Shown: positions 19,724-30,913 of the stretch, piece after piece
How positions within the stretch are numbered: position 1 is the stretch's first letter
How the letters are laid out: each line of letters opens with the position of its first letter
From: Rhodothermales bacterium
GTDB taxonomy: Bacteria > Bacteroidota > Rhodothermia > Rhodothermales > VXPQ01
Direction of reading: 5' to 3'
Assembly: GCA_965248175.1 (NCBI GenBank)
Contig: OZ252093.1
Location: forward strand, 2,590,406-2,654,405
Length of the DNA: 64,000 nt
The notes under the pieces: model-generated
Seen by the model: only the letters and a program-made list of their open reading frames with translations
The model's database searches: none
Told to the model about the DNA's origin: nothing
Translations under genes and position numbers: made by a program

Positions 19724-22700
19724 TCAATCAAGGCGGACTTCGAGGCCAAGCCCCTGAAGCTCTCGAACAAGCACCTGAAAGCTCTCCGGCATACCGGCCT
19801 CAGGCATGTTCTCCCCCTTTACAATCGACTCGTATGCTTTCGATCGCCCCTGGACGTCATCCGACTTGTAGGTTAGCATCTCCTGCAAGGTGTGTGCAGC
19901 GCCGTAGGCATACAGTGCCCATACCTCCATCTCTCCCAGGCGCTGCCCGCCAAGCTGCGCCTTACCCCCCAGCGGCTGCTGTGTAATGAGGCTGTACGGT
20001 CCGATGCTGCGAGCATGAATCTTGTCCTCCACAAGGTGACTCAGCTTCAGCATATAGATATAACCCACCGTAGTTTTTTCATCGAACTCCTTGCCGGTAC
20101 GTCCGTCGTAGAGCTGGGCGCGCCCGTCGATCGGCAGGCCCGCTTCCTCGAGTCTGGCCTGGATGTCGTCCATCTTCGCACCATCGAAAATGGGCGTCGC
20201 GAACGAAGTGCCGAGTCTTTTACCGGCCCATCCGAGAAGCGTCTCGAATATCTGGCCGAGGTTCATGCGCGAAGGCACGCCAAGCGGATTGAGCACGATA
20301 TCGACCGGCGTTCCGTCCTCGAGGAACGGCATATCTTCCACCGGAACGATGCGGGCAACCACCCCCTTGTTTCCGTGGCGGCCAGCCATCTTGTCCCCCA
20401 CCTGTACCTTGCGCTTGCGCGCCACATACACCTTCGCAAGCTGCACGATGCCCGGAGGCAGCTCGTCCCCCATCTGCACCTGATGCTTGTCGCGCTTCGT
20501 TTTCCCATCAATGCGGCTGCAGGCTCGCGCATAATTGCGAAGCAATTGACGAATGCGCTCGTTCGTTTCCTGATCGCTCGTCATATCCTTGCCGGCGCTG
20601 AGCTGGTCAGGCGTAATGTCCTTCAATGCGGTCTTCGTGAACTTTGCGCCCTTCGAAAGCAGAACGGCGCCTTCGCGGTCTTCCACACCGGTAGACGATT
20701 TCCGACCCACGATCCGGAAGAATTTCTCCCAGAAAAGATTGTCCAGTTCTTCTTTTTCGCGACCGAACCGCGCCTCGATCTCGGCAAGGCGTTTCCCTTC
20801 CACTTTCTTCGAGGCTGAATCCAGTTTGCGCCGGCCAAACAGTTCCGTAGCAATCACGACGCCCTTCATGCCCGGAGGCGCCGTAAGAGAGGCATCTTTT
20901 ACATCGCCGGCCTTGTCGCCGAAAATGGCGCGAAGCAGTTTCTCCTCCGGCGTGGGATCCGTTTCGCCCTTGGGCGTGATCTTGCCCACAATGATATCGC
21001 CGGCATTCACCTCGGCGCCTACGCGAATGATGCCTCGCTCATCGAGATCCTTCGTGGCTTCTTCCGAGACGTTCGGAATCTCACGGGTAAGCTCTTCCTC
21101 GCCACGCTTCGTATCGCGCACCTGTAACTCGAATTCCTCGATATGTATAGAAGTGTACACATCCTCGGTTACGAGACGCTCGGACAGCACGATGGCGTCC
21201 TCGAAATTGTAGCCGCGCCAGGGCATGAAAGCAACCAGTACATTTTTGCCCAACGCAAGATCGCCGTTTTCCGTGGCAAACCCATCCGTCAGCACAGTGC
21301 CCGAGGAGACACGCTGTCCTTGCCTGACGATCGGTTTCTGGTTGACACTGGTATCCTGGTTCGTTCGGCGGAACTTCACAAGTCGGTACTCGCGCACAGG
21401 CTCTTCGAAGCCCAGATCCGAATCCTCCGCGCTTCGATCATAGCGCACAACGATGCGCGTAGCGTCGACATACTCAACGACCCCCTCGCCTTCCGCAACG
21501 AGCACCGCGCGCGAATCCTTCGCAACGCGACCTTCAAGACCCGTGCCGACCAGAGGAGCCTCAGCGCGCAACAGGGGAACAGCCTGACGTTGCATATTCG
21601 ACCCCATAAGCGCACGATTGGCGTCATCGTGCTCGAGAAAAGGAATCAGACTTGCTGCGGGAGATACGATCTGGTTCGGAGCAACATCCATATACTCGAC
21701 CTCGCTCGGCGGCACGATGGGAAAATCACCCCGGGAGCGACACTTCACGTAATCATTGACGAAATTCCCTTCTTCGTCGATCGGGGCATTCGCCTGGGCA
21801 ATGACCACATTGTCTTCCTCCTCTGCAGAAAGAAAACGGATTTGCTTCGTCACTTTGCTGTTTTCAACGACCCGGTACGGCGTTTCGATGAAGCCGAAAT
21901 CGTTGATGGTGGCATGTACGCAAAGCGAGGAAATCAGACCAATATTCGGACCTTCGGGCGTCTCGATAGGACACAACCTCCCGTAGTGCGTGTAATGCAC
22001 GTCGCGGACTTCGAAACCGGCGCGTTCACGCGTTAGCCCGCCCGGACCCAGCGCTGACATGCGGCGCTTGTGCGTCAATTCGGCCAGCGGATTCGTCTGA
22101 TCCATGAACTGGCTGAGCTGATTGGTTCCGAAGAAGGTGTTGATCACACTCGAAACCGTACGGGCATTTACCAGATCTTGCGGCGAAAACTTGTCCGCGT
22201 CGCGCAGGTTCATGCGTTCCTTGATCGTACGAGCCATACGTGCAAGGCCCAGCGAGAATTGGGTTCCAAGCTGTTCGCCTACAGTGCGCACTCGGCGGTT
22301 GCCGAGATGGTCAATATCGTCTACACTGCTCTTGCCATTCTGAAGATTGACAAGCTCACGGATAATCGCCACGATGTCCTCGGGCGTCAACGTCAATGTA
22401 TCCGACGGCGTATCGAGCTCCAGGCGGGTATTAATGCGGTACCGGCCCACCTCTCCAAGGTCGTAACGCTTTTCACTGAAAAAGAGCCGGTCGAGAATGC
22501 CCCGCGCACTTTCCAGATCAGGCGCCTCGCTGCCTCGAAGCTGCAGGTACATGTATTCCAGTGCCTCGGCATACGAATGGGCAGGGTCCTTGCGCAGGGT
22601 TTCGATCAGTGTGGACTTGTCGAGTTGCTCCTGTTCGTCCTTCTTCAGTAGCCAGACGGTCTTGACGCCCGCTTCCTTTAGTTTTGCGTAATCTTCCTGC

Positions 22701-23557
22701 TGAAGCACATGGTTGGCAGGAAGGATAATCTTGCGATTTTTTTTCTCCTCAAGAATCTCTCCGGTATCCTCATCAATGATCTCATGCACTTCCTCGACAG
22801 TAATCGAAGCAGCCAGAGTACGACCGACCCACTTACCGAACAACCGCTTCGTCGAAACGTCCCCTTCGTCAGCCAGATCGAATATTTTCAGAATGTCATC
22901 GTTGGACGAGTGTCCCAAGGCACGCAAAAGCGTCGTAACCGGAAGTTTTTTCTTCCGATCGATATAAGCCCACATGACGTTGCTTACATCGGTCGAAAAT
23001 TCGATCCAGGAGCCGCGGAAGGGTATTACCCGAGCCGAAAAGAGCTCCGTACCATTCGGGTGAATGCTTAACCCGAAAAACACCCCGGGGCTACGGTGCA
23101 ACTGTGAAACAACGACACGCTCCGCGCCATTGATGACGAAAGTGCCTTGCCTCGTCATGAACGGCAGATTACCGAGATACACCTCCTGCTCAATCGCTTC
23201 TTCCGGTTCTTCCTCGTCCTCGTCTTCCTTGCTCGACAGGCGAAGCCGCGCCTTCAGCGGCACGGCATAGGTCAGGCCCTGTGCGATGCACTCCGACACC
23301 GAATGCTTCGGAGCATCAAGGTCGTAGTCTATGAATTCGAGCGTATACCGCTCACGACTGTCCTGGATCGGAAAATGCTCCCTGAAAACCCCCTGGAGTC
23401 CCATATCCTTTCGTTCTTCCGGCGACACATCCGGCTGCGCAAAATCCGCGAACGACCGGAGTTGGATATCCAGAAAATCCGGGTATTCGTGTATGGTCTG
23501 GATGCGAGCATAGGATATGCGCTTGCCTTTCGTTGCTTGACCGTTCGTATGGGGCAT
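19724..23557 (-). CDS. rpoB: DNA-directed RNA polymerase subunit beta
   Basis: Start taken at MPHTNGQ... Conserved regions include [25 protein letters not shown] and [14 protein letters not shown]. Confidence 0.97.
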   Translation of the reverse strand: MPHTNGQATKGKRISYARIQTIHEYPDFLDIQLRSFADFAQPDVSPEERKDMGLQGVFREHFPIQDSRERYTLEFIDYDLDAPKHSVSECIAQGLTYAVPLKARLRLSSKEDEDEEEPEEAIEQEVYLGNLPFMTRQGTFVINGAERVVVSQLHRSPGVFFGLSIHPNGTELFSARVIPFRGSWIEFSTDVSNVMWAYIDRKKKLPVTTLLRALGHSSNDDILKIFDLADEGDVSTKRLFGKWVGRTLAASITVEEVHEIIDEDTGEILEEKKNRKIILPANHVLQQEDYAKLKEAGVKTVWLLKKDEQEQLDKSTLIETLRKDPAHSYAEALEYMYLQLRGSEAPDLESARGILDRLFFSEKRYDLGEVGRYRINTRLELDTPSDTLTLTPEDIVAIIRELVNLQNGKSSVDDIDHLGNRRVRTVGEQLGTQFSLGLARMARTIKERMNLRDADKFSPQDLVNARTVSSVINTFFGTNQLSQFMDQTNPLAELTHKRRMSALGPGGLTRERAGFEVRDVHYTHYGRLCPIETPEGPNIGLISSLCVHATINDFGFIETPYRVVENSKVTKQIRFLSAEEEDNVVIAQANAPIDEEGNFVNDYVKCRSRGDFPIVPPSEVEYMDVAPNQIVSPAASLIPFLEHDDANRALMGSNMQRQAVPLLRAEAPLVGTGLEGRVAKDSRAVLVAEGEGVVEYVDATRIVVRYDRSAEDSDLGFEEPVREYRLVKFRRTNQDTSVNQKPIVRQGQRVSSGTVLTDGFATENGDLALGKNVLVAFMPWRGYNFEDAIVLSERLVTEDVYTSIHIEEFELQVRDTKRGEEELTREIPNVSEEATKDLDERGIIRVGAEVNAGDIIVGKITPKGETDPTPEEKLLRAIFGDKAGDVKDASLTAPPGMKGVVIATELFGRRKLDSASKKVEGKRLAEIEARFGREKEELDNLFWEKFFRIVGRKSSTGVEDREGAVLLSKGAKFTKTALKDITPDQLSAGKDMTSDQETNERIRQLLRNYARACSRIDGKTKRDKHQVQMGDELPPGIVQLAKVYVARKRKVQVGDKMAGRHGNKGVVARIVPVEDMPFLEDGTPVDIVLNPLGVPSRMNLGQIFETLLGWAGKRLGTSFATPIFDGAKMDDIQARLEEAGLPIDGRAQLYDGRTGKEFDEKTTVGYIYMLKLSHLVEDKIHARSIGPYSLITQQPLGGKAQLGGQRLGEMEVWALYAYGAAHTLQEMLTYKSDDVQGRSKAYESIVKGENMPEAGMPESFQVLVRELQGLGLEVRLD

Positions 23558-23596
23558 GGATGGAGTGGCTGGAAAGGAGAAAAACGTATCGAACGA

Positions 23597-23634
23597 TAAA
23601 GATGCAAAAGATGCGTGACGCACAAGGCGTCATG
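23597..23634 (-). terminator. Candidate rplL-rpoB intergenic attenuator hairpin
   Basis: Minus-strand CATGACGC-CTTGT-GCGTCACG (imperfect stem) followed by the U-rich CAUCUUUUGCAUCUUUAU. Its position matches the known E. coli rplL-rpoB attenuator. Confidence 0.3.
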
Positions 23635-23644
23635 CCTCTCTCGT

Positions 23645-24028
23645 TTACTTGAGTTCGACTTCAGCGCCCGCTTCCTCAAGCTTGGCCCTGATCTCCTGGG
23701 CCTCATCCTTACCAACAGCTTCCTTGACCGTGTTAGGCGCACCGTCCACAAGTTCCTTCGCTTCCTTGAGACCAAAGCCGGTGAGGCTGCGCACCTCCTT
23801 GATGACGGCAATCTTGTTACCCCCGATGCCCTTCAGCACGACATCGAATTCCGTTTGCTCCTCGGCGCCGGCTGCCCCGTCGCCTCCAGCAGCAGGTCCG
23901 GCTATGACGGCCGCGGCCGCTGCGGCCGGCTTGATACCGTACTCCTCCTCAAGAAGGATAGCCAGATCATTGGCGTCCTTGACCGTGAGATTGACAAGTT
24001 CTTCTGCGATTTTCTTAATGTCCGCCAT
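23645..24028 (-). CDS. rplL: 50S ribosomal protein L7/L12
   Basis: [23 protein letters not shown]...[40 protein letters not shown]. Confidence 0.97.
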   Translation of the reverse strand: MADIKKIAEELVNLTVKDANDLAILLEEEYGIKPAAAAAAVIAGPAAGGDGAAGAEEQTEFDVVLKGIGGNKIAVIKEVRSLTGFGLKEAKELVDGAPNTVKEAVGKDEAQEIRAKLEEAGAEVELK

Positions 24029-24145
24029 GTTAGATTCGTTCTCCTGCGAGCAGTCTCTGCCGCCGTACTCCGGCAACTGTGCCGCGCATTAAGGATGGAT
24101 GGTGAAAGTGACGATGATTGTTTCGGGGTCGGGCATAACGCATGG

Positions 24146-24673
24146 TCATGCGGCGCGATCTGCGATCTCGCGAATCGCCGCGGCCAGGTTGCGGGCAGGC
24201 GCCTGCACCTTGCCGACCACATTCGAAATAGGAGCGAGTAACAAACCGACTACGTCGCCTATGAGCTCGTCTTTCGACTTGAGTGAAGCCAGGGTATCCA
24301 GCGAGCCCTCCCTGTAAAAAGCGCCATCTATGTAAACGGCCTTGACTTCAGGGCGAGTCGCTGATTCGTCTTTCAGGAAATCCCGGATGACGCGGGCCGG
24401 CGCCGACGGCTCCCCGCCGAATGCGATGGCCGTAGGGCCTTTCAGGTATTCCAGCAATTCGCTATACGCGGGACGCTCCTCCATTGCGAGGCGTACCAAA
24501 GTATTCTTATACACCTTGAACGACACGCCGGCATTGCGGAAACGATTGCGCAAATCGTCCGCCTGACTGACAGTCAGCCCGGAATAATTGGTCAGGTACA
24601 CGATCGTGTTTGCGTCGAGCATCTGCGCGATTTCCGCAACGACCGTTTCCTTCTCTGTTTTTGTCATGGGCAT
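24146..24673 (-). CDS. rplJ: 50S ribosomal protein L10
   Basis: 175 aa in the position between rplA and rplL, with L10-like sequence (LTVSQADDLRNRFRNAGVSFKVYKNTL). Confidence 0.95.
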   Translation of the reverse strand: MPMTKTEKETVVAEIAQMLDANTIVYLTNYSGLTVSQADDLRNRFRNAGVSFKVYKNTLVRLAMEERPAYSELLEYLKGPTAIAFGGEPSAPARVIRDFLKDESATRPEVKAVYIDGAFYREGSLDTLASLKSKDELIGDVVGLLLAPISNVVGKVQAPARNLAAAIREIADRAA

Positions 24674-24772
24674 GTCGGCGCCTCGCTATCTCGATCGGTT
24701 GCTCTCGGGCTATCCGGCATAAACCGGCTATGCTACTTGCAATCAGGTATAGGAATGAACAGGCGAAAAGCG

Positions 24773-25483
24773 CTACCGAAGCGCACTCACGACCTGGATG
24801 CGATCCAGCGGGATCGGCGGCCCCATCGATGTCGAGATCGAGACCGATCGGACGTACGTACCCTTCGCCGATGCGGGGCGCAGTCGAAGCACTTCCTTGA
24901 GGAACACCTCCGCATTTTCCCGGAGATGGTCTGCGGAAAACGACACTTTTCCGATCGGCGTATGCAGATTTCCTGATTTATCAACGCGAAAGTCGATTTT
25001 ACCCGCCTTGACCTGTTGCACAGCCGGACCGACATCCATGGTGACCGTACCGCTTTTGGGGTTAGGCATAAGTCCTCTGGGCCCCAGTACGCGCCCGAGT
25101 TTGGCAACATCACGCATCACATCAGGCGTAGCGACCACGACATCGAAATCGGTCCACCCTTTCTTCTGGATACGTTCGATAAAATCATGCAGGCCGACAT
25201 AATCGGCGCCAGCCTCTCTGGCCTCTTCCTGTTTGCCCTCGTTGGCCAGTACAAGCACGCGCACCTCCTTGCCCGTGCCGTGAGGCAATGCCGCCGTGCC
25301 TCTCACCATCTGGTCGGCATGACGCGGATCAACCCCGAGCCGCAGATCGATATCGACCGATTCGTCGAATTTCGCGCCGCCTGCCTTGCCAATCAGGGCA
25401 CAGGCATCTTCGAGCGTGAAGGGGCCTCCTGCCTCTTTGACAATCTCGGCCGCCTGTTGGTAACGTTTTCCTTTTTTCGCCAT
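24773..25483 (-). CDS. rplA: 50S ribosomal protein L1
   Basis: Start taken at [12 protein letters not shown]1 motifs include [19 protein letters not shown] and [14 protein letters not shown]. Confidence 0.96.
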   Translation of the reverse strand: MAKKGKRYQQAAEIVKEAGGPFTLEDACALIGKAGGAKFDESVDIDLRLGVDPRHADQMVRGTAALPHGTGKEVRVLVLANEGKQEEAREAGADYVGLHDFIERIQKKGWTDFDVVVATPDVMRDVAKLGRVLGPRGLMPNPKSGTVTMDVGPAVQQVKAGKIDFRVDKSGNLHTPIGKVSFSADHLRENAEVFLKEVLRLRPASAKGTYVRSVSISTSMGPPIPLDRIQVVSALR

Positions 25484-25574
25484 CCGAATATGTAGCGGAT
25501 GTGGTGCTTGTATCAACGATGATGGAATGTCACGGATGCAGGAACACTGCCCCGATCATACAAAACGGCCTCGC

Positions 25575-26009
25575 TCAAGAGGGTCCGCCTTCGACGCGTA
25601 TCCCCATTGAACGCGCCGTACCAGCTACCATGGAAGCCGCCTTGTCCATGTCGAATGCGTTGAGATCCTCCATCTTCTGCCCGGCAATCTTGCGACAGTC
25701 CTCCCAGGTCACCGTTCCCACTTTGTTCCGCAGGGAATCGCCGGATCCCGACGGAATCTTCGCAGCAGTCTTCAGAAGCACCGCTGCAGGGGGGCTCTTG
25801 ACGATGAAGCTGAAGGTCTTGTCGGTATAAACCGTGATCACGACAGGAAGGACAAGCCCCATCCTATCCTGCGTCGCCGCATTGAATTGCTTGCAGAACT
25901 CCATGATGTTCACCCCTTTCTGCCCCAACGCAGGGCCTATTGGGGGGGCCGGATTCGCCTGTCCAGCCTTGATCTGAAGCTTGATATACCCGTCGATTAG
26001 CTTCGCCAT
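25575..26009 (-). CDS. rplK: 50S ribosomal protein L11
   Basis: [43 protein letters not shown]... Confidence 0.97.
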   Translation of the reverse strand: MAKLIDGYIKLQIKAGQANPAPPIGPALGQKGVNIMEFCKQFNAATQDRMGLVLPVVITVYTDKTFSFIVKSPPAAVLLKTAAKIPSGSGDSLRNKVGTVTWEDCRKIAGQKMEDLNAFDMDKAASMVAGTARSMGIRVEGGPS

Positions 26010-26185
26010 ACTGTAGTAAAGCGCGGTGCAAACGCCAGAGAAATCGTACCGTTTTGTACGCTCAGCTCCCGCTTTCTGTTAATTTGGCAGCAAAAGTCAG
26101 CTTGTTAATATCGGAAATTTTTGGGGAATATTCCACAAAAACACGGGTTGCGCACGCGGGTTCAAGTATTATTCACAATCAAGTG

Positions 26186-26740
26186 TTAATCATCCCGCTC
26201 CACCTGCAGATAATCCAGTTCCAGGGGCGTCTTCCGCCCAAAAATAGATACCATCACCTTGACTTTCATTTTGTCGGGATACACCTCCTCGACAAAACCG
26301 CTGAAATTGTTGAACGGGCCATCCACTACCTTCACGAGATCCCCGTTCTTGAATGGCATCTCCGGCTGTTCGCCCGCCTCCCGGACCTCGTTCATTTTGC
26401 CCATGATCCGGTTTATTTCATCGGGGCGCAACGGCGTGGGCTCGTCGCCTGTGGTCAGAAAACCAATCACCGAGGGAAGATTGGAAATGACATGCTGCAA
26501 CTCGGTATCAAGCGCGATATGCAGCATCACATACCCCGGGAAGAACGTCTTCTCGCGCGTACGCTTTTTGCCGCTACGCATCTCGAAAACGGTCTCGGTA
26601 GGGATCATGACTTCATTGATCCTGTCTTGCAGATTGAGACGCTCGATCTCCTTCTCGAGATAGTGCTTGACCTTTTTTTCGTGGCCCGAAAACGTGCGCA
26701 GCACGTACCATTTGCGGATGATTTCCTTTTCCTTCACCAT
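26186..26740 (-). CDS. nusG: Transcription termination/antitermination factor NusG
   Basis: WYVLRTFSGHEKKVKHYLE... with a C-terminal KOW (FKNGDLVKVVDGPFNNFSGFVEEV). Confidence 0.95.
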   Translation of the reverse strand: MVKEKEIIRKWYVLRTFSGHEKKVKHYLEKEIERLNLQDRINEVMIPTETVFEMRSGKKRTREKTFFPGYVMLHIALDTELQHVISNLPSVIGFLTTGDEPTPLRPDEINRIMGKMNEVREAGEQPEMPFKNGDLVKVVDGPFNNFSGFVEEVYPDKMKVKVMVSIFGRKTPLELDYLQVERDD

Positions 26741-26795
26741 TTTTCCTTGTACCTGAGAAAAATGTCTCGACGAGATATACTTTGGAATAACCGGA

Positions 26796-26975
26796 TCAGC
26801 GGTATATGAACTCCAGTATCCGGCTAATGATCTGATCGGCTCCCCAAATGTACAGGGAAACGATCATCGACGCCAGCAGGGTGATTAGTGTGTTACTAAC
26901 CAGCTCGTTACGCGCAGGCCAACTGACCTTGCGCATCTCCCTGCTTACGTCGCCCAGATATTTGGCCACCTTCAT
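26796..26975 (-). CDS. secE: Preprotein translocase subunit SecE (59 aa; below the ORF-track size cut-off)
   Basis: Hand-translated as MKVAKYLGDVSREMRKVSWPARNELVSNTLITLLASMIVSLYIWGADQIISRILEFIYR. It has the SecE motif (E..KV.WP) plus one TM segment, in the canonical position upstream of nusG. Confidence 0.85.
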   Translation of the reverse strand: MKVAKYLGDVSREMRKVSWPARNELVSNTLITLLASMIVSLYIWGADQIISRILEFIYR

Positions 26976-27018
26976 GTTTGATCCTGGTTACGGCGTGTCA
27001 CGCCATGAATGTTGCGGG

Positions 27019-27091
<73 letters not shown>

Positions 27092-27151
27092 GTGCACAGC
27101 GATGGTTACTGCTGCATGATTCGTATGCGAAAAGCGGCGGCGCATCGCATG

Positions 27152-27223
<72 letters not shown>

Positions 27224-27243
27224 TGAAACCGACATGCGCTTGC

Positions 27244-27319
27244 TGGAGCGGAAGACGGGATTCGAACCCGCGACCCTCAGCTTGGAAGGCTGATGCTCTA
27301 CCATCTGAGCTACTTCCGC
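27244..27319 (-). tRNA. tRNA-Gly (anticodon UCC), CCA encoded
   Basis: GCGGAAGTAGCTCAGATGGTAGAGCATCAGCCTTCCAAGCTGAGGGTCGCGGGTTCGAATCCCGTCTTCCGCTCCA. Confidence 0.9.
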
Positions 27320-27404
27320 TACGATACGTCATACGGTACTGTGGTCGAGAAGGCACGCCACACGGGCGCCCTCCGTCACATAAAAGCCGTCGAACGAAAA
27401 AGGG

Positions 27405-27486
27405 TGGGCAGGGGAGGATTCGAACCTCCGAACCCTGAGGGAGCAGATTTACAGTCTGCCGCCTTTGACCACTCGGCAACCTGCCC
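27405..27486 (-). tRNA. tRNA-Tyr (anticodon GUA), long variable arm
   Basis: GGGCAGGTTGCCGAGTGGTCAAAGGCGGCAGACTGTAAATCTGCTCCCTCAGGGTTCGGAGGTTCGAATCCTCCCCTGCCCA. Confidence 0.9.
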
Positions 27487-27545
27487 GGTACTGCCGGAGA
27501 ACACGCTCCGAAAAGGTCCTCTCAAAAACACCTGTTCAAATGAAG

Positions 27546-27618
27546 AGCTGGCGAAGGGACTCGAACCCCCAACCTGCTCATTACAAGTGAGCTGCTCTAC
27601 CGGTTGAGCTACGCCAGC
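27546..27618 (-). tRNA. tRNA-Thr (anticodon UGU)
   Basis: GCTGGCGTAGCTCAACCGGTAGAGCAGCTCACTTGTAATGAGCAGGTTGGGGGTTCGAGTCCCTTCGCCAGCT. Confidence 0.9.
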
Positions 27619-27649
27619 CTCGCCGCCTTCCGAGCGACCCCAATCTTTC

Positions 27650-27679
27650 AAATTACGTATTCGCGGCGCATGGTGTCAA
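27650..27679 (-). promoter_or_regulatory. Candidate sigma70-type promoter of the tRNA-secE-nusG-rpl cluster
   Basis: On the minus strand, TTGACA (27679-27674), an 18-nt spacer, then TAATTT (27655-27650), about 30 nt upstream of the first tRNA. Confidence 0.4.
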
Positions 27680-27731
27680 CCTGCATGCCGCAAACAGAGG
27701 CAGCATATCCCGCAGAGACATCAAAGTTTCC

Positions 27732-28388
27732 TTACCGGGGTTTGCTTTTTGTATTTTCCCCTGATTTCTTTGAGGAACGCTTCTTCTTTTGAACATATCG
27801 GCGTACCCCGCCTGCGAGCAAGGCCAGCCCGATCAGGCACAGAACGGCTCGCCCGTAATCCCGAAGCCAATAGCCGACTTCCTGCCAGTTGTCGCCCACG
27901 GCGTATCCGGCCCAGACAATCAGCAATATCCACGCGAGGGCGCTCAGCGTGGATATCGCTGCTGTGCGCAAACCGTCAAGACGGGCCATGCCGGCGAGGA
28001 GCCCGACAACTCCGCGGAGCCCCGCCAAAAACCGGTTGGCCGCCACAAGACCATACCCCCAGCGGTCCATGTGACGACGACCCCTGTCAATCCGCTCCGG
28101 GGAAATCCATCGGAACCAGCGCGATCGCAGTACGGCGTCGCCGACCAGATACCCGACGAGATACATGGTCATAAACCCCATAACGCTGCCCAGTGTCGCC
28201 ATGCCGGCCACAAGCACAAAATGCAGCTCGCCGACGCCAACAAGATATCCGCCGAACACAACCGCCATGTCACCGGGAACAGGAGGAAGCACATTCTCCG
28301 CATAGGCAACAAGCAAAATGCCGGTATAGGCCCATGCCGGAGACAACCCGTCTAGCCACATCACCAGATCCTGCAACAGATCACCCAT
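27732..28388 (-). CDS. DedA/VTT-domain family inner-membrane protein
   Basis: 218 aa, multi-TM. N-terminal YTGILLVAYAENVLPPVPGDMAVVFGGYLVG matches the DedA signature. Confidence 0.75.
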   Translation of the reverse strand: MGDLLQDLVMWLDGLSPAWAYTGILLVAYAENVLPPVPGDMAVVFGGYLVGVGELHFVLVAGMATLGSVMGFMTMYLVGYLVGDAVLRSRWFRWISPERIDRGRRHMDRWGYGLVAANRFLAGLRGVVGLLAGMARLDGLRTAAISTLSALAWILLIVWAGYAVGDNWQEVGYWLRDYGRAVLCLIGLALLAGGVRRYVQKKKRSSKKSGENTKSKPR

Positions 28389-28866
28389 TCCGGTCCATCG
28401 CTACGATCGTGCACATTGCAAACGCAGACGCTCCTTCCCCCTTCCCGATAGCGTCCATTTTCTCGTGTGTCGTGGCCTTCACGGAAACAGCCCCCTCATC
28501 AATGGAAAGGCAGCGGGCAATAACCGCGCGCATCCGGGGAACGTAAGGCTGAAGACGCGGGCGTTCAAGCACGACCGTCGCATCGACGTTATGCGCCCGG
28601 TATCCGGCTTCCGAAAGTTTACCGGCCACACTGCCAAGGAGATCGGCGCCCGCTATACCTGCCCAGCGCTCATCCGTATCGGGAAAGTGGGCGCCTATAT
28701 CCCCGAGGGCCGCAGCACCCAGCAGCGCATCGGCTACGGCGTGCAGGAGCACATCGGCATCGGAGTGCCCATCAAGACCCTTGTCGAAAGGAATCTCAAT
28801 TCCCCCGATAACCAGAGGGCGGCCTTCGACGAGGCGGTGTACATCGTATCCGAAGCCGATTCTCAT
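28381..28866 (-). CDS. ispF: 2-C-methyl-D-erythritol 2,4-cyclodiphosphate synthase
   Basis: MRIGFGYDVHRLVEGRPLVIGGIEIPFDKGLDGHSDADVLLHAVADALLGAAALGDIGAHFPDTD. Confidence 0.95.
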   Translation of the reverse strand: MRIGFGYDVHRLVEGRPLVIGGIEIPFDKGLDGHSDADVLLHAVADALLGAAALGDIGAHFPDTDERWAGIAGADLLGSVAGKLSEAGYRAHNVDATVVLERPRLQPYVPRMRAVIARCLSIDEGAVSVKATTHEKMDAIGKGEGASAFAMCTIVAMDRNG

Positions 28867-29621
28867 GGGTCTACAGACGAGGTTCGTTCGAATGAAGACT
28901 GAATAATCCCAACCAGTTCATAGTCTGCCGGCGTGGTCACCTTGATATTCAATGCACTACCCTCCACCAGAGCCACCGGCCGCCCGATATGCTGGACAAG
29001 CGCCACATCGTCCGAGGCTTCGCGTCCCTCGCTACGAGCCACGCGGTGCGCCTCTTCAAGCCAGACCCGGCGAAATGCCTGCGGCGTCTGCATACGGCAG
29101 AGTCGCTCCCTGTCGACGGTTTCTGCAAATACGCCCCGGGATACTGCGCGCAGGGTATCTGCAACAGGCAGCGCAAGGGCCGCTGCACCCTCCTGAAGGG
29201 CCGTAGAAATCACAGCGTCGATACACTCTGCGGGGACAAAGGGACGCACCGCATCGTGCACAAGCACAATGTCCATATCGGAAGATACGGATCCGGCGGG
29301 GGGCGCTGCATCGAGAGCTGCCGCAACAGAAGCCTGCCGGCTGTCTCCGCCCGGGGTCACCGTATGGATTTTCTGAAATCCGAGGGCATGCAACTCCGAG
29401 GCCAGCCATTCCGTGTCGCCCTCCGGAGCAGCCACTACGATATGATCAACCCGGGGATGCCTTTCAAATACACGGAGTGTTTGTACCAGGAGAGGTGCCC
29501 CGCCGATATCCCGATATTGCTTGCGTGGGCCGCCCATGCGCACGCCGCGGCCCGCAGCCGGAACGAGTACCGTAACGATAGGCAATTCTTTCTTCACAGG
29601 GACCTCAGTATCCGCAGGCAT
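28863..29621 (-). CDS. ispD: 2-C-methyl-D-erythritol 4-phosphate cytidylyltransferase
   Basis: VLVPAAGRGVRMGGPRKQY...; overlaps ispF by 4 nt. Confidence 0.9.
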   Translation of the reverse strand: MPADTEVPVKKELPIVTVLVPAAGRGVRMGGPRKQYRDIGGAPLLVQTLRVFERHPRVDHIVVAAPEGDTEWLASELHALGFQKIHTVTPGGDSRQASVAAALDAAPPAGSVSSDMDIVLVHDAVRPFVPAECIDAVISTALQEGAAALALPVADTLRAVSRGVFAETVDRERLCRMQTPQAFRRVWLEEAHRVARSEGREASDDVALVQHIGRPVALVEGSALNIKVTTPADYELVGIIQSSFERTSSVDP

Positions 29622-29663
29622 ATCTGTGCCGGTGCAACGCTAAAATATACGCGACGCACCGGA

Positions 29664-30710
29664 TCACAATATGAGCATGGCATCCCCAAAGGAGAACAGG
29701 CGATACTTTTCTTCTATCGCAAGCCGGTAAGACTCCATGACGAAATCATAGCCGGCAAACGCCGCTGTGAGCATCAGAAGCGTACTTCCAGGTTGATGAA
29801 AGTTCGTGAGCAGCCGCTCGGTGATTCTGAATTTATAGGGCGGACAGATGAACTTGTCGGTCCATCCGCTGCCTGCCTTGCACAAATACGAGGCGGAAAG
29901 ACTCGATTCGATGGCCCGAACCACGGTCGTACCAATCGCCATTACCGTATTGTCCGGGGACAACAGCGCCTCGTTCACGGCGCTGGCGGTTTCCTCCGAG
30001 ATCATAAAGCGCTCCGAATCCATCCGGTGCTTTGTCAGATCTTCCACTTCAACAGGACGAAAGGTGCCCAGTCCGACATGCAGCGTAGTGGGCACGATCC
30101 GAACACCTTTGGCACGCAGCGTTTCGATCAACTCCGGGGTAAAATGCAACCCTGCCGAAGGAACAGCGACTGCTCCCCTATTCTCCGCAAAAATAGTCTG
30201 ATAGCGCGCACGATCCTCCTCCTCGACAGCACGCTTCACGTATGGCGGCAAAGGGGTCTGTCCGATCTCGTCTATCTTCGCATAGAGATCCAGGTTGGTC
30301 CCTTCAAACACAAAGCGGATGGTTCGTCCCCGCGAGGTCGTATTGTCAATCACCTCGGCAATCAGCCCCCCGTTGAAATACAACTTGTTGCCGATGCGAA
30401 TCTTCCGCGCAGGATCGACAATGACGTCCCACAGCCTGCTTTCGGGATTCAACTCCCGAAGCAGGAATACCTCGATCTTCGCTCCTGTTTTTTCCTTGTT
30501 CCCGTACAGACGAGCCGGGAAAACTTTCGTGTCGTTTACGACGATGATGTCGCCTTCCCTGAAGTACTGTGGAAGGTCACTGATATGCCGGTGCTGGATC
30601 GTCCTGTTTGTGCGATCAAGCACCATGAGCCGGGCCGCATCGCGCGGTTCGGCAGGGTATTTCGCTATGTACTCCCTGGGAAAATTGTACTTGAAATCCG
30701 ATAGTTTCAT
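29664..30710 (-). CDS. queA: S-adenosylmethionine:tRNA ribosyltransferase-isomerase
   Basis: Start taken at MKLSDFKYNFPREYIAKYPAEPRDAARLMVL. Later motifs include GAVAVPSAGLHFT and LLTNFHQPGSTLLML. Confidence 0.92.
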   Translation of the reverse strand: MKLSDFKYNFPREYIAKYPAEPRDAARLMVLDRTNRTIQHRHISDLPQYFREGDIIVVNDTKVFPARLYGNKEKTGAKIEVFLLRELNPESRLWDVIVDPARKIRIGNKLYFNGGLIAEVIDNTTSRGRTIRFVFEGTNLDLYAKIDEIGQTPLPPYVKRAVEEEDRARYQTIFAENRGAVAVPSAGLHFTPELIETLRAKGVRIVPTTLHVGLGTFRPVEVEDLTKHRMDSERFMISEETASAVNEALLSPDNTVMAIGTTVVRAIESSLSASYLCKAGSGWTDKFICPPYKFRITERLLTNFHQPGSTLLMLTAAFAGYDFVMESYRLAIEEKYRLFSFGDAMLIL

Positions 30711-30913
30711 ACGGGATGTACATGCAGGAAGAAACGGGAACGCGCCCAAACGCCCGAACGGGCGTGGTGTTTCCAACGCAGCACGGAAGCGGTTTAAACA
30801 AAACGCTCTTTCTCGACAATAATGTTTTTGATATTTTGACAACATTCGCCTCGACACCCCTTTGTCGCACTGTACTTATTTTGTCTGTGCGTTCCCCCGC
30901 TTCTTTTTCGACC

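Noticed and set aside
24674-24772. Possible L10 (rplJ) leader RNA in the rplA-rplJ spacer
   Set aside because: The position is right, but I could not confidently fold the characteristic L10-binding structure by eye, so I left it unannotated.
28989-30704. 571-aa plus-strand ORF
   Set aside because: It spans the antisense of ispD and queA across their intergenic gap, making it a shadow ORF.
30711-30913. Possible riboswitch (for example cobalamin) upstream of the lipoprotein-TonB receptor pair
   Set aside because: Only a short hairpin (ACGCCC-GAAC-GGGCGT) is present, with no B12-box-like or other riboswitch core motif I recognise. An Infernal scan would be needed to be certain.
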